Shown: positions 9,459-18,612 of the stretch, in pieces
How positions within the stretch are numbered: position 1 is the first letter of the stretch
Layout of the letters: each line of letters starts with the position of its first letter
Source: Dehalococcoidia bacterium
GTDB taxonomy: Bacteria; Chloroflexota; Dehalococcoidia; Plut-88900
Length of the DNA: 64,000 bases
Assembly: GCA_965207225.1 (NCBI GenBank)
Contig: CBDBLV010000005.1
Coordinates: 1,632,001 to 1,696,000, forward strand
Direction: 5' to 3'
Notes under the pieces: generated by a model
What the model saw: only the letters and a program-made list of their open reading frames with translations
What the model was told of the DNA's origin: nothing
Databases searched by the model: none
Made by a program: the position numbers and the translations under genes

Positions 9459-11207
9459 ATGAATAACCGGCAACATACAAAAATCGGGGACTGGAACGTG
9501 TACCTGATCGGGTTTTCGGGGAGCGGGAAGTCGGCGATAGGGCGTCGGCTGGCGCGGAGGCTGCGTAGGCAGCACCTGGACATGGACGATGAGATCGCGG
9601 CTCGGGCGGGGGCGCCGGTCCCGGAGATATTCAGGCAGGAAGGGGAGCAGGGGTTCAGGGCCAGGGAGAGGGGTTTGCTGGAGGAGATCAGTGGAAGGAA
9701 GCGGCTGATAGTGTCGACGGGGGGTGGGGTGCCGCTGGACCCCGACAACCGGGCGGCGATGGCCGCGAGTGGGGTGGTGGTCTGCCTAGAAGCCAAGCCA
9801 GATTTCCTGTTCGGGAGGCTGAAGAGGCACCTGGGGAACGAGTCCAAGGGGCAGGTCCGGCCGCTGCTGGAGGGGGACGACCCGAAGAAGAGGATCGAGG
9901 CGCTCAAGGAATACCGCCAGCGGTTCTACGCGACTGCCGACTGGACCGTACACACCGATGATCTTACTTCGGACGAAGTCGTGCGGGAAGTGATCAGGGG
10001 GGTGAGGTATGGGCAGCGGAAGTTTGACAGGGACAAGGCACATACAACCGTGTTCCCGCCGGTTGAGGTGAGGGGACGAGAGGCTAATGCGCCGTACTGC
10101 CGAGACATGGGTGCGTCGTTCGTTGTGGAGACGCCCGGGGGCCGGTACCCGGTGTTTGTCGGGTGGGGGAACCTGTCGGAGATAGGGCAGCGGATGCGCA
10201 ACCTGGGATTGTCTGGGAAGGCGGCAGTGATTGCCGATGCGGGGGTGTTCGACATTCACGGGGAGAAGACCCTGGCGTCTCTGACAGCGGCAGGGTTTGA
10301 GGCTTCGGCTTACTCCGTGCCGTCGGGCGAGAGGAGCAAGTCAGAAGAGGCGCTTTCCAGCATGTACGACTGGATGGTTGAGCAAAGGCTGGAGCGAGGC
10401 AGCTCGGTGGTGGCGCTGGGAGGTGGGGTGGCGGGAGACCTGGCCGGCTACGCTGCGGCGACGTTCCTGAGGGGCGTCCCACTGGTACACGCCCCGACAA
10501 GCCTGCTGGCGATGACGGACTCGGCGATCGGGGGGAAGGTGGCTATAAACCACCCTCGTGCGAAGAACCTGATAGGGGCTTTCTACCAGCCGAGGCTGGT
10601 GCTTTCGGACGTGGAGACGCTGGGAACGCTGCCGCCTCGGGAGCTGGCGTCGGGGTGGGCGGAGACGATAAAGCACGGGATGATCATGGACCCGGACTTG
10701 CTGGACACGCTGGAGCGGGACATGGACAGGGTGCTGGCCCTGGACCCGGAGATGACCACGGAGATAGTGAAACGAAGTTCAGGGCTGAAGGGTAAGGTCG
10801 TGGGGGGGGACGAGAAGGAAGCCGGGTGGCGGATGATACTGAACTTCGGGCACACGATAGGGCATGCGCTGGAGGCGGCCACTGAGTACGGCGAACTCCT
10901 GCACGGGGAAGCGGTGTCTATTGGGATGATAGGAGCGGCAAGGCTGAGCCAGAAGCATGCGGGCCTGGGAGATGAGGCCGTGATCCGGATGTCGAACTTG
11001 CTGAAGGGATTTGGGCTGCCGTTCTCAATGCCTGAGCTTGACCCGGAGAGGCTGATAGAAGCGATGTTCCTGGATAAGAAGGTCCGGGGTAAAGCGATTC
11101 GCTGGGTGTTGCTGGAGGATGTCGGGAAGCCGGTGATCCGGGACGATATACCGATGGAGTCGGTGAGAGAGGTGTTGGCGGGGCTCGCGACAAGAGACAA
11201 TTCCTAG
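9459..11207 (+). CDS. aroB: Shikimate kinase / 3-dehydroquinate synthase fusion
   Basis: N-terminal GFSGSGKS P-loop, STGGG and RPLL; C-terminal GGGVAGD, DSAIGGK, KNLIGAF, LNFGHTIGHALE. Confidence 0.93.
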   Translation: MNNRQHTKIGDWNVYLIGFSGSGKSAIGRRLARRLRRQHLDMDDEIAARAGAPVPEIFRQEGEQGFRARERGLLEEISGRKRLIVSTGGGVPLDPDNRAAMAASGVVVCLEAKPDFLFGRLKRHLGNESKGQVRPLLEGDDPKKRIEALKEYRQRFYATADWTVHTDDLTSDEVVREVIRGVRYGQRKFDRDKAHTTVFPPVEVRGREANAPYCRDMGASFVVETPGGRYPVFVGWGNLSEIGQRMRNLGLSGKAAVIADAGVFDIHGEKTLASLTAAGFEASAYSVPSGERSKSEEALSSMYDWMVEQRLERGSSVVALGGGVAGDLAGYAAATFLRGVPLVHAPTSLLAMTDSAIGGKVAINHPRAKNLIGAFYQPRLVLSDVETLGTLPPRELASGWAETIKHGMIMDPDLLDTLERDMDRVLALDPEMTTEIVKRSSGLKGKVVGGDEKEAGWRMILNFGHTIGHALEAATEYGELLHGEAVSIGMIGAARLSQKHAGLGDEAVIRMSNLLKGFGLPFSMPELDPERLIEAMFLDKKVRGKAIRWVLLEDVGKPVIRDDIPMESVREVLAGLATRDNS

Positions 11208-11220
11208 GAGGCCAAACTTA

Positions 11221-12954
11221 ATGTCACTGAGCAGCAAATTAAGGGTCAGCAAGGACGAGGTGGTCGCGGAGAACGGCGTTGTGGCAGCAAATCATGCCCT
11301 GTCCTCGGAGGCGGGGCTGGAGATGTTGAAGGCTGGTGGGAATGCCGTGGATGCGGCGGTGGCGACGGGAGTCGTGGCGTGCGTTGTGGAGCCGATGATG
11401 ACCAGCATTGGCGGGTGCGGGTTCATGCTGATACACCTGGCGGGCGAAGGGAAGTCTGTAGTAATAGAGTTCAGCCCCCGGGCCCCAGGGGCGGCGACTC
11501 TCGACATGTATACGGTGACGGAGTCGGCGATCATGGACATCGGGCTGCAGAGCGTAGCCAACGGCGAGAACATAATCGGCCCGAAGTCGGCAACCGTACC
11601 CGGATCGATTGCGGGGTTCTGCATGGCGCACAGCAGGTACGGGTCTCTGCCGCTGGAGCAGGTGCTGGAGCCGGCCATCCACATGGCGGAAGAGGGTTTC
11701 GAGGTGGACTGGTATACGGCGGCTTCGATATCCGACGAAATGGAGAGGCTGGTCAGGTATCCGGGCATATCGGGGCTGCTGTTGAACAGGGGATTTCCGC
11801 CGACAGTCGGGTCTAGGCTGGTCCAGAGGGAGTTGGGTCAGACGCTGAGGGCAATTGCGAAGTCGGGACGGGATGCGTTCTACAAGGGAGAGATTGCAGA
11901 GGCGATTGTCAAGGAGGTGCAGTCGGGCGGGGGCGTATTGTCGATGGAAGACATGGGGAGGTACGAGGCGGAGGAGGTGGAACCGGTCTCGGTGTCGTAC
12001 AGGGGGCACACGTTGCTCGGGGCGAGGGCGGTGAACGGCGGCACGACGGGGATGGAGACGCTTTCGATATTGAACAACATAGATCTCGGGGCGCGGGGGC
12101 ACAACAGTGTGGAGGCATTGCACCTTTTTATAGAGGCGACCCGGCACGCGTTTGCGGACCGGTACCGGTTCCTCGGGGACCCGGAGTACGTTTCGGTGCC
12201 GTTGAAGGGGCTGCTTTCCACGGGATACGGGGCTGCGCTGGCGGCGGAGATGGACCGGGTGAACGCCCGGCTGGAGGCCGAGGGGGACACCCCGCCTTGG
12301 CTGGCCTACGCGGACACGGCCATCCACGACCCGTGGGCCTTCGACCCGGGACAGGACGGCGCAGGCTACTCGATGTCGGGGCCTTCGCCGAAGTCGAGTA
12401 CGACACACCTGAGCGTGATAGACAAGGACCGGAATATGGTGTCCTGCACGCATACGATGGTGAACAGCTTCGGGTCGATGACCGCGTGTCGGGGGACGGG
12501 TGTGATACTGGCGGATGGCATGCTGTGGTTCAACCCGAGCCCCGGGCGTGCGAACTCGATAACGGGTTGGAAGAGGCCGCTGGTGAATATGTCGCCCATG
12601 CTGGTCCTGAAGGATGGTAAGCCGCTGATGACGGTCGGGGCGCCGGGAGGGCGGAAGATCATCAATGCGGTGACACAGGTTGTGATGAACGTGGTGGACT
12701 TCGGGATGGGGATGCAGGACGCGATAGCGGCTCCGAGGATCGATGCCAGCGGCCTGGATACCGCGTACCACGAGGCCATTGACCCGGATACGGTGGAGGC
12801 GTTGAAGGCGCGAGGACACCGGATGGTGATAGGGCCGGAGGACTATGCGAACCATAGCTTTGCGCGGCCCACCGGGGTGCTGGTAGACGAGGAGTCGGGG
12901 AGGTTGAGGGGAGGGGTGGACCTGCTGCGCCGTGCGGAGGCGAGGGGGTACTAG
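11221..12954 (+). CDS. ggt: Gamma-glutamyltransferase family protein
   Basis: GGNAVDAAVA, TTHLSVID autocleavage Thr, GAPGG. Confidence 0.92.
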   Translation: MSLSSKLRVSKDEVVAENGVVAANHALSSEAGLEMLKAGGNAVDAAVATGVVACVVEPMMTSIGGCGFMLIHLAGEGKSVVIEFSPRAPGAATLDMYTVTESAIMDIGLQSVANGENIIGPKSATVPGSIAGFCMAHSRYGSLPLEQVLEPAIHMAEEGFEVDWYTAASISDEMERLVRYPGISGLLLNRGFPPTVGSRLVQRELGQTLRAIAKSGRDAFYKGEIAEAIVKEVQSGGGVLSMEDMGRYEAEEVEPVSVSYRGHTLLGARAVNGGTTGMETLSILNNIDLGARGHNSVEALHLFIEATRHAFADRYRFLGDPEYVSVPLKGLLSTGYGAALAAEMDRVNARLEAEGDTPPWLAYADTAIHDPWAFDPGQDGAGYSMSGPSPKSSTTHLSVIDKDRNMVSCTHTMVNSFGSMTACRGTGVILADGMLWFNPSPGRANSITGWKRPLVNMSPMLVLKDGKPLMTVGAPGGRKIINAVTQVVMNVVDFGMGMQDAIAAPRIDASGLDTAYHEAIDPDTVEALKARGHRMVIGPEDYANHSFARPTGVLVDEESGRLRGGVDLLRRAEARGY

Positions 12955-13026
12955 GCAGAGAGCCTCGGGAGTCTGATATAGTAGCGGGCCGAGGGTCTAC
13001 AAGAGTCTGAGAGACGGGGAGTCGAC

Positions 13027-14220
13027 ATGCGCTTCGACAGCAACATCTATTACCACGAGGTCGAGCAGTACCCGGCGGATAAGCTGACGCAGGAGTGGAA
13101 GGAGACCGCGCTTCTTTACGACCAGACCGACTTCACGGGTGTCTGGGTGGGCGAGCACCACTTCTGGTACAGCGGGTGGCCGGTGGCGGCGCCGAACCCC
13201 GTGCAAGTGTGCACTTTCTTCGCGGGGCTGACGGAGCGGATCAGGGTCGGGCAGACGGCGTGCATACTGCCGGACTGGAACCCGATCAGGCTGGCGGAAG
13301 AGCTGGCGATGCTGGACAACATGTGCAAGGGTCGGCTGGACGTGGGCATAGCTAGGGGCACGGACAGCACAGCGAGCATCCAGTTCAACGTCAATGCCAA
13401 CCGTCGGGACCGGGAGACCAACTACGCACTGTTCAGCGAGACGCTGGACATATTGCTTAAGGCCTGGGGTGAGGGCGCGTTCAGCCACGAGGGCCGGTTC
13501 TACACGTACCCGGTGCCGGGGTGGAAGGAGAAGGACCCAGAGATCTACTCAGGGGACCCGACCCACTTTGCGGAGGACGGCGAGTTGATAGGCCTCCACG
13601 TGATGCCGAAGCCGTACCAGAAGCCCCGGCCTCCGATCTACCAGGCCGCGGACAGCACAAGCTCATACACGTTTGCGGGGAGTCGGGGGATATGCACGAC
13701 AACGGTGGGCAGGACGTTCGAAGGGGTGAGGGAAGCTTGGTATGCGTACCAGGAAGCAGCGACTAATGCGTCGGGGCAGGATATCCAGTTTGCGAGGACG
13801 CCGGACGGGTTGAGCCTTAACGTTATGAGGCTTACGCACGTGGCGGAGACGCAGGAGCAGGCTGAGAAGGAGGCGAGGGCGGGGGTCAATGCGTTCTTCC
13901 GGGCTGCGGTTGGTGTCAACGACCGATGGGGTCGGAAGGGATCGGTGGCGGAGGGCGAGGAACTGACGGACGACGACCTGAACATGGACTGGTTCGACTT
14001 TGCGCAGAAGAAGGAGATTATCTGGGTCGGGTCTCCGGATTACGTGGCGGAGAAGATTGCGCACCTGCAGGAGGACCTGGACTGCCAGCACGTGACCCTA
14101 TGGCCTAACCCCGGGTTCGTGCCCTTCTCTACGGTATATCACAGCCTGGAACTGTTCAACGAGCGGGTGATTCCGCAGTTTGCGCGGGCGGGGAGTCGGG
14201 CCCCTGTGGCGGCTTCGTAG
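13027..14220 (+). CDS. Luciferase-like (LLM) flavin-dependent monooxygenase
   Basis: WVGEHHF, PIRLAEELAMLD..GRLDVGIARG, PKPYQKPRPP. Confidence 0.9.
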   Translation: MRFDSNIYYHEVEQYPADKLTQEWKETALLYDQTDFTGVWVGEHHFWYSGWPVAAPNPVQVCTFFAGLTERIRVGQTACILPDWNPIRLAEELAMLDNMCKGRLDVGIARGTDSTASIQFNVNANRRDRETNYALFSETLDILLKAWGEGAFSHEGRFYTYPVPGWKEKDPEIYSGDPTHFAEDGELIGLHVMPKPYQKPRPPIYQAADSTSSYTFAGSRGICTTTVGRTFEGVREAWYAYQEAATNASGQDIQFARTPDGLSLNVMRLTHVAETQEQAEKEARAGVNAFFRAAVGVNDRWGRKGSVAEGEELTDDDLNMDWFDFAQKKEIIWVGSPDYVAEKIAHLQEDLDCQHVTLWPNPGFVPFSTVYHSLELFNERVIPQFARAGSRAPVAAS

Positions 14221-14247
14221 GGTCTTTCGCCAACAACGCTTGAATAC

Positions 14248-14288
14248 AAGCGCCGTACGCTATTGGAGCGTACGGCGCTTCAATTTTG
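14248..14288 (+). terminator. Intrinsic terminator hairpin
   Basis: AAGCGCCGTACGC / GCGTACGGCGCTT 13-bp stem followed by CAATTTT, downstream of the LLM gene. Confidence 0.65.
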
Positions 14289-14317
14289 TAGCAGCTTGAA
14301 CGGTCGTGGGTCTCACT

Positions 14318-14470
14318 CCGCTCATATCCTTCGACAGAGCTCAGGACATGCTTCGAGTGGCCTCAGCATAAGCGCCCCCTCCCACAAGGAAATATGATGA
14401 GTGTATATGCCTAGAAGTCTGCGGTGAGCAGGCAGGCATTTGAGATCCCTCGCGGGGCCTCGGGATGAGA
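14318..14470. repeat. Repeat family B and family C copies
   Basis: CCGCTCAT...CTTCGAGTGGCCTCAGCATAAGCG (cf. 23513, 35768) and GAGATCCCTCGCGGGGCCTCGGGATGA (cf. 30713, 33896, 33974). Confidence 0.7.
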
Positions 14471-14488
14471 CAAAGATTTGTGGGGGGG

Positions 14489-14764
14489 TTAGCCGCCGGC
14501 TACGGCGGGGACGATGCTGACTTCGTCGCCGCTGCTGACGGTGGTGGTTATGCCGTCCTTGAAGCGGATGTCCTCGCCGTTGACGTAGACGTTCACGAAG
14601 CGGTGGAGTTCCCCACTATCAGCGACGAGTCGGGCCTTGATCCCAGGGTGCTGTGCATCGAGCGAGTCGATACACTCCCTGATGTTCGTCCCTTCAACGG
14701 TGGCGCTGCTCTCTCCGTTGGTCATGCGACGAAGGGGGGTAGGGATCTTAAGGCTGACGCTCAT
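14489..14764 (-). CDS. MoaD/ThiS/CysO ubiquitin-like sulfur carrier
   Basis: IPTPLR, FVNVYVNGEDIR, C-terminal AVAGG. Confidence 0.93.
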   Translation of the reverse strand: MSVSLKIPTPLRRMTNGESSATVEGTNIRECIDSLDAQHPGIKARLVADSGELHRFVNVYVNGEDIRFKDGITTTVSSGDEVSIVPAVAGG

Positions 14765-14806
14765 TTAGGGGACCTCCTGAGTTCTTTTCCGCAAATCCGT
14801 ATGAAA

Positions 14807-15049
14807 TTAACCTTCTACAATGTCTCCGACAATGGGGTCGACGCGGACGCCGCTTTCGGCCACCCAGGCAAGGCCGCTGTTGATCTGCTCTTCCTCACCT
14901 TCGAGTTCGAGGATAACCCAGCCCTGCGTGGCGGTGACATCCGCCCGGCGGATGTTGGTGACGACATCGAAGTTCTTGCCGAGGCCGTAGATGACGGGCT
15001 CGGTGACGAGCTCGGTGGGGAAGGTGAATTTGGCTTTCATCTTGACCAT
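14807..15049 (-). CDS. NIL domain protein
   Basis: FP..LVTEPVIY, VVTNIRRADV, GWVILELEG. Confidence 0.85.
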   Translation of the reverse strand: MVKMKAKFTFPTELVTEPVIYGLGKNFDVVTNIRRADVTATQGWVILELEGEEEQINSGLAWVAESGVRVDPIVGDIVEG

Positions 15050-15072
15050 CTCCCTGATCCTTCCAAATCCGG

Positions 15073-16323
15073 CTAGGCGATAGCGGTGGCCCGGATGCCG
15101 TTCCCCCGGGCCTCCAGGGCGTCTTCGAAAGAGCTGATGGTAGGTTCAACCATGACAGGGTCCACAATGTCGCTGACGGGCTCCTGGGTCTTGAGACCCG
15201 AGCCGGTGATGTAGGCGACGGTGAGGTCGTTGCGCTTGATGACACCGGCCTCAGCGAGCTTCTTGAGCCCGGCGATGGTAACACCGCCTGCGGTCTCGGC
15301 GAAGATGCCTTCGGTACGGCCGAGAAGGGTCATTCCTTCGACAACCTCGGGGTCGGTAGCAGCGACACCGGCGCCGTCGGTCTCCTTGATGGTCTTGAGG
15401 GCATAGTAGCCGTCTGCCGGGTTGCCGATTGCAAGGGACTTAGCGAGGGTGTTAGGCCTGACGGGCTTGATGTCCATGCGACCGTCTTCGTAGGCGGTGA
15501 TGATGGGAGAGCAGCCTCGGGCCTGGGCAACGGCCATCTTGGTGTGCGGCACGTCGGAGAGGCCGACCTGGGCGAACTCGTTCATGCCCTTCCAAATCTT
15601 TGTGTAAAGGGATCCGGAGGCAGCGGGCACGACGGCCCAGTCGGGGCAGCGCCAGCCCAGCTGTTCGACGACCTCGAAGCCGAGGGTCTTGGAGCCCTCC
15701 GAGTAATAGGGGCGCATGTTGATGTTGGCGAAGGCCCAGTAGTACTTGTCGGCGAGTTCACTGCAAAGGCGATTGACCTCGTCATAGTTGCCCTTGACCG
15801 CCACGAGGGTCGGGCCGTAGACGGCGGCGGAGAGGACCTTGCCTCGCTCCAGGTCGGCGGGGATGAAAACGTAAGCCTTGAGGCCGGCCCGGGCGGCGTG
15901 GGCTGCAACGCTGCCGGCGAGGTTGCCGGTGGAGGCGCAGGCGAAGGTGTCAAAGCCGAACTCCCGGGCCTTGGTGGATGCGACCCCGACGACCCGGTCC
16001 TTGAAGGAGTGAGATGGGTTGCCGCAATCGTTCTTGATGTAAAGGTTGTCGAGGCCCAGCTCCCGGCCAAGGTTGTCGGCTTTCAGTAGGGGGGTAAGTC
16101 CGGTGCCCAGGTCAACGACGTTGCCGTTGACGGGCAGAAGGTCCTTGTAACGCCACATGGTAAGGGGCCCGGCCTCGACGCTCTCGCGGTTGAGAGTTCG
16201 GGCCACGGCGGCGTAGTCGTAGACGACTTCGACGGGGCCGAAGCACCATTCGCAAACGTTCATGGGGTCAAGGGGGTATTCCTTGCCACATTCCTTGCAG
16301 CGAAGCGCAATGGCGTTAGACAT
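15073..16323 (-). CDS. thrC: Threonine synthase-like PLP enzyme
   Basis: N-terminal CxxC..CxxC, NPSHSFKDR, ASTGN, TGSGLK. Confidence 0.88.
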   Translation of the reverse strand: MSNAIALRCKECGKEYPLDPMNVCEWCFGPVEVVYDYAAVARTLNRESVEAGPLTMWRYKDLLPVNGNVVDLGTGLTPLLKADNLGRELGLDNLYIKNDCGNPSHSFKDRVVGVASTKAREFGFDTFACASTGNLAGSVAAHAARAGLKAYVFIPADLERGKVLSAAVYGPTLVAVKGNYDEVNRLCSELADKYYWAFANINMRPYYSEGSKTLGFEVVEQLGWRCPDWAVVPAASGSLYTKIWKGMNEFAQVGLSDVPHTKMAVAQARGCSPIITAYEDGRMDIKPVRPNTLAKSLAIGNPADGYYALKTIKETDGAGVAATDPEVVEGMTLLGRTEGIFAETAGGVTIAGLKKLAEAGVIKRNDLTVAYITGSGLKTQEPVSDIVDPVMVEPTISSFEDALEARGNGIRATAIA

Positions 16324-16445
16324 GCTGGCCTTCTGGCGAACCTGGTGAATAAGGGGCGTTAGGGAGAAACTCTTCCCGGATGGTCTTTGAATTACAGGTT
16401 AAAATCCGCGCTAGATGCTAGCAAGGGGCAGGGGTAGTGTCAAGG

Positions 16446-16482
16446 AAAAACAGTCACGGGCAGGCTTCACGCCTGCCCGTGA
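16446..16482 (-). terminator. Intrinsic terminator after hsp20
   Basis: TCACGGGCAGGC / GCCTGCCCGTGA stem followed by a T-run on the minus strand. Confidence 0.7.
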
Positions 16483-16509
16483 TGGGCAACTGGGTCCAAG
16501 GGTCCGGGA

Positions 16510-16965
16510 TTAACCGGCCTTGATCTCAATGGTCTTGGCCTGAGGCTTGACCTCCGGAACCCGGGGCAAGGTGAGGGTGAGGACGCCGTTTTCGAATCGG
16601 GCCTCTACGCTGTCATCCTGCAAGTCTTTGGGAAGGGCGAGGCTGCGGTAGAAAGAGCCTGAGTGGCGCTCGCGGATTACGTACCCCTCCTTCTCGGTCT
16701 CCTCGACGGGATTGACCTGTCCCTCAATGGTGAGGCGGTTGTCCTCGATGGTAACGTTCACGTCCTCGGGCTTGACGCCCGGTAGAGAGGCCTGGATGAC
16801 GACCTGCTTTTCATCGGCGGTTACGTCGATGGGCATGGGGTTGTCCCGCCTTAGTTGGGAGGTGTAGCCGTGGAATCCCCAGAAGGGGTCGTCCCAAAAG
16901 CGGTCCATGAGCCTTTTCATGCCGTTGAATCCTGCGAACGGGTCTCGCTTCACTATTGCGTTCAT
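16510..16965 (-). CDS. Hsp20/alpha-crystallin small heat shock protein
   Basis: LPGVKPEDV, ERHSGSFYRS, FENGVLTLTLP, C-terminal IEI; AAGGAGG RBS. Confidence 0.96.
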   Translation of the reverse strand: MNAIVKRDPFAGFNGMKRLMDRFWDDPFWGFHGYTSQLRRDNPMPIDVTADEKQVVIQASLPGVKPEDVNVTIEDNRLTIEGQVNPVEETEKEGYVIRERHSGSFYRSLALPKDLQDDSVEARFENGVLTLTLPRVPEVKPQAKTIEIKAG

Positions 16966-17037
16966 ATAGTTCCTCCTTGTAACTGGTTCCTGATGCCTGT
17001 CCTGTGCCTGGGGCCTAGGGATCCCGGGCCGGGTTTC

Positions 17038-17151
17038 CTAGAAGTACCTGATGCCGATTCCCGTGACCTGAGCGACGTCCCCGAGAATGCTCATGAGTGT
17101 CTGGAGGGGCTGCCGACGAGCGGATGTTCGAGCGGTCCTCTTGATGGCCAT
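17038..17151 (-). CDS. Candidate 37-aa small protein upstream of hsp20
   Basis: AAAGGAG RBS before ATG; MAIKRTARTSARRQPLQTLMSILGDVAQVTGIGIRYF. Confidence 0.5.
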   Translation of the reverse strand: MAIKRTARTSARRQPLQTLMSILGDVAQVTGIGIRYF

Positions 17152-17167
17152 GTGGGCTCTCCTTTCT

Positions 17168-17304
17168 ACAACAGCGTTGTCAACTATGGTGATATCATAA
17201 GACCCAACAAATGCATTGTCAAGAACATCAGCAATAAGTATGCCAAATACTTCATGTATTAATATAACAATAGCATTGACATATCTGCAGGCAAACACTA
17301 ACAT
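17168..17304. promoter_or_regulatory. Divergent heat-shock promoter region with three ACAA-N5-TTG(T/A)CA boxes
   Basis: Minus strand TTGACA-17-TATGAT (from 17222); plus strand TTGACA-17-TAACAT (from 17276); boxes at 17168, 17207, 17267. Confidence 0.6.
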
Positions 17305-17338
17305 ATAAGCGTCCCAGGAGATCCGAGGGGCAAACTGA

Positions 17339-18247
17339 ATGGCAAAGCGCAGTTACTACGAAATCCTGGGCGTCAAGAAAGATGCCACGCAAGAAGAGCT
17401 CCGACGCGCCTTCAGGAAGTTGGCCCGGGAACATCATCCGGACGTGAATCCGGGAGTCGCGGATGCCTCGGAGAAGTTCAAGGAGATAAACGAGGCGTAT
17501 CAGACGCTTTCAGACCCGGAGGCGCGGAAGGAATATGACGAGGGTGGCCGGGTGTTCCGGGGTGGAGGTTGGAGCGGAGGAGACGGGTTCACGCGGACGT
17601 GGTCATTCTCAACCGGCGAGGCCGGGCCGTCGGGCTTCGGGTTTGGAGGGGAGCCGTTGGATGAGATATTGCAAGGGATTCTCGGACGAAGGGGCGGAGG
17701 CCCGAGCCCCTTTGCAAGGTCTGCACCCCGGGAGCATACGCTGGACGTCAGCCTGGAGGAGGCATACCGGGGAACGACTCGACTGGTGGAGATGTCGGGG
17801 ATGGATGGGAAGAAGCGAAGGCTGGAGGTCAAGGTGCCGGCGGGTGTTTGGACGGGTTTTCGGATGTCGGTTGACCCGGACAAGGGTCGGCCCGGGGCAG
17901 GACAGGGTGAAATCATTTTCTCGATCAGCGTGCTTCCCCACGACAGGTATAGGAGGGTGGGGAATGACATTCACGTGGAGACCCCCGTGTCCCTGTACGA
18001 CGCCATGCTCGGAGGGGAAGTGAAGGTGCAGACGTTAAAGGGTTCGGTGGCGCTGAAGCTGCCGCAGGGGACTCAAAATGGGCAGAGCTTCCGGCTGAAG
18101 GGTCGAGGGATGCCCGTTTACGGGGGGTTGGGGGTGGGGGACGCGTATGCGACGGTGAAGGTGATGCTCCCGACCGACCTCTCACAAAGAGAATCGGAAC
18201 TCGTTATTGAACTAAAGGAAATGAGAGACCGAAGGGGGTCCAAGTGA
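17339..18247 (+). CDS. DnaJ class B / CbpA-like co-chaperone (no zinc finger)
   Basis: J-domain with HPD, G/F-rich region, DnaJ C-terminal domain. Confidence 0.93.
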   Translation: MAKRSYYEILGVKKDATQEELRRAFRKLAREHHPDVNPGVADASEKFKEINEAYQTLSDPEARKEYDEGGRVFRGGGWSGGDGFTRTWSFSTGEAGPSGFGFGGEPLDEILQGILGRRGGGPSPFARSAPREHTLDVSLEEAYRGTTRLVEMSGMDGKKRRLEVKVPAGVWTGFRMSVDPDKGRPGAGQGEIIFSISVLPHDRYRRVGNDIHVETPVSLYDAMLGGEVKVQTLKGSVALKLPQGTQNGQSFRLKGRGMPVYGGLGVGDAYATVKVMLPTDLSQRESELVIELKEMRDRRGSK

Positions 18248-18612
18248 ACCGATACAGCGAATCGGAGCCGCTTTATGGCATTAGCGTGGCGGCGCGAATG
18301 GTGGGTGTACACGTCCAAACATTGCGCTACTACGAGAGAGCTGGACTGATAAAGCCCTCCCGGTCCGGGGGCAATACGCGCTTCTACTCGGACAGGGATG
18401 TGGCGCATTTGCAGAGGATAAGGTCCTTGATTGACGACCTGGGGGTGAACCTTGCGGGGGTGGATGTGATTATGAGGATGTCAGAGCGGATGCTGGAGAT
18501 GCAGAAAGAGTTGACAGCGCTAAAGGAAGAGCTGAACCAGCTGATGTCCGGGTCCCGGGGCACGGGGAACCGGGTGACACGAGTCCAGGATTCAGGGAGT
18601 AAGAGATGGTAA
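18244..18612 (+). CDS. hspR: MerR-family heat-shock repressor HspR-like
   Basis: [30 protein letters not shown]; lies between dnaJ and clp. Confidence 0.88.
   Translation: MNRYSESEPLYGISVAARMVGVHVQTLRYYERAGLIKPSRSGGNTRFYSDRDVAHLQRIRSLIDDLGVNLAGVDVIMRMSERMLEMQKELTALKEELNQLMSGSRGTGNRVTRVQDSGSKRW

Noticed and set aside
5203-12855. Long antisense ORFs (e.g. 5203-6810, 8252-9307, 11239-12855; likewise 46752-48407)
   Set aside because: Shadow frames of well-supported genes in high-GC DNA.
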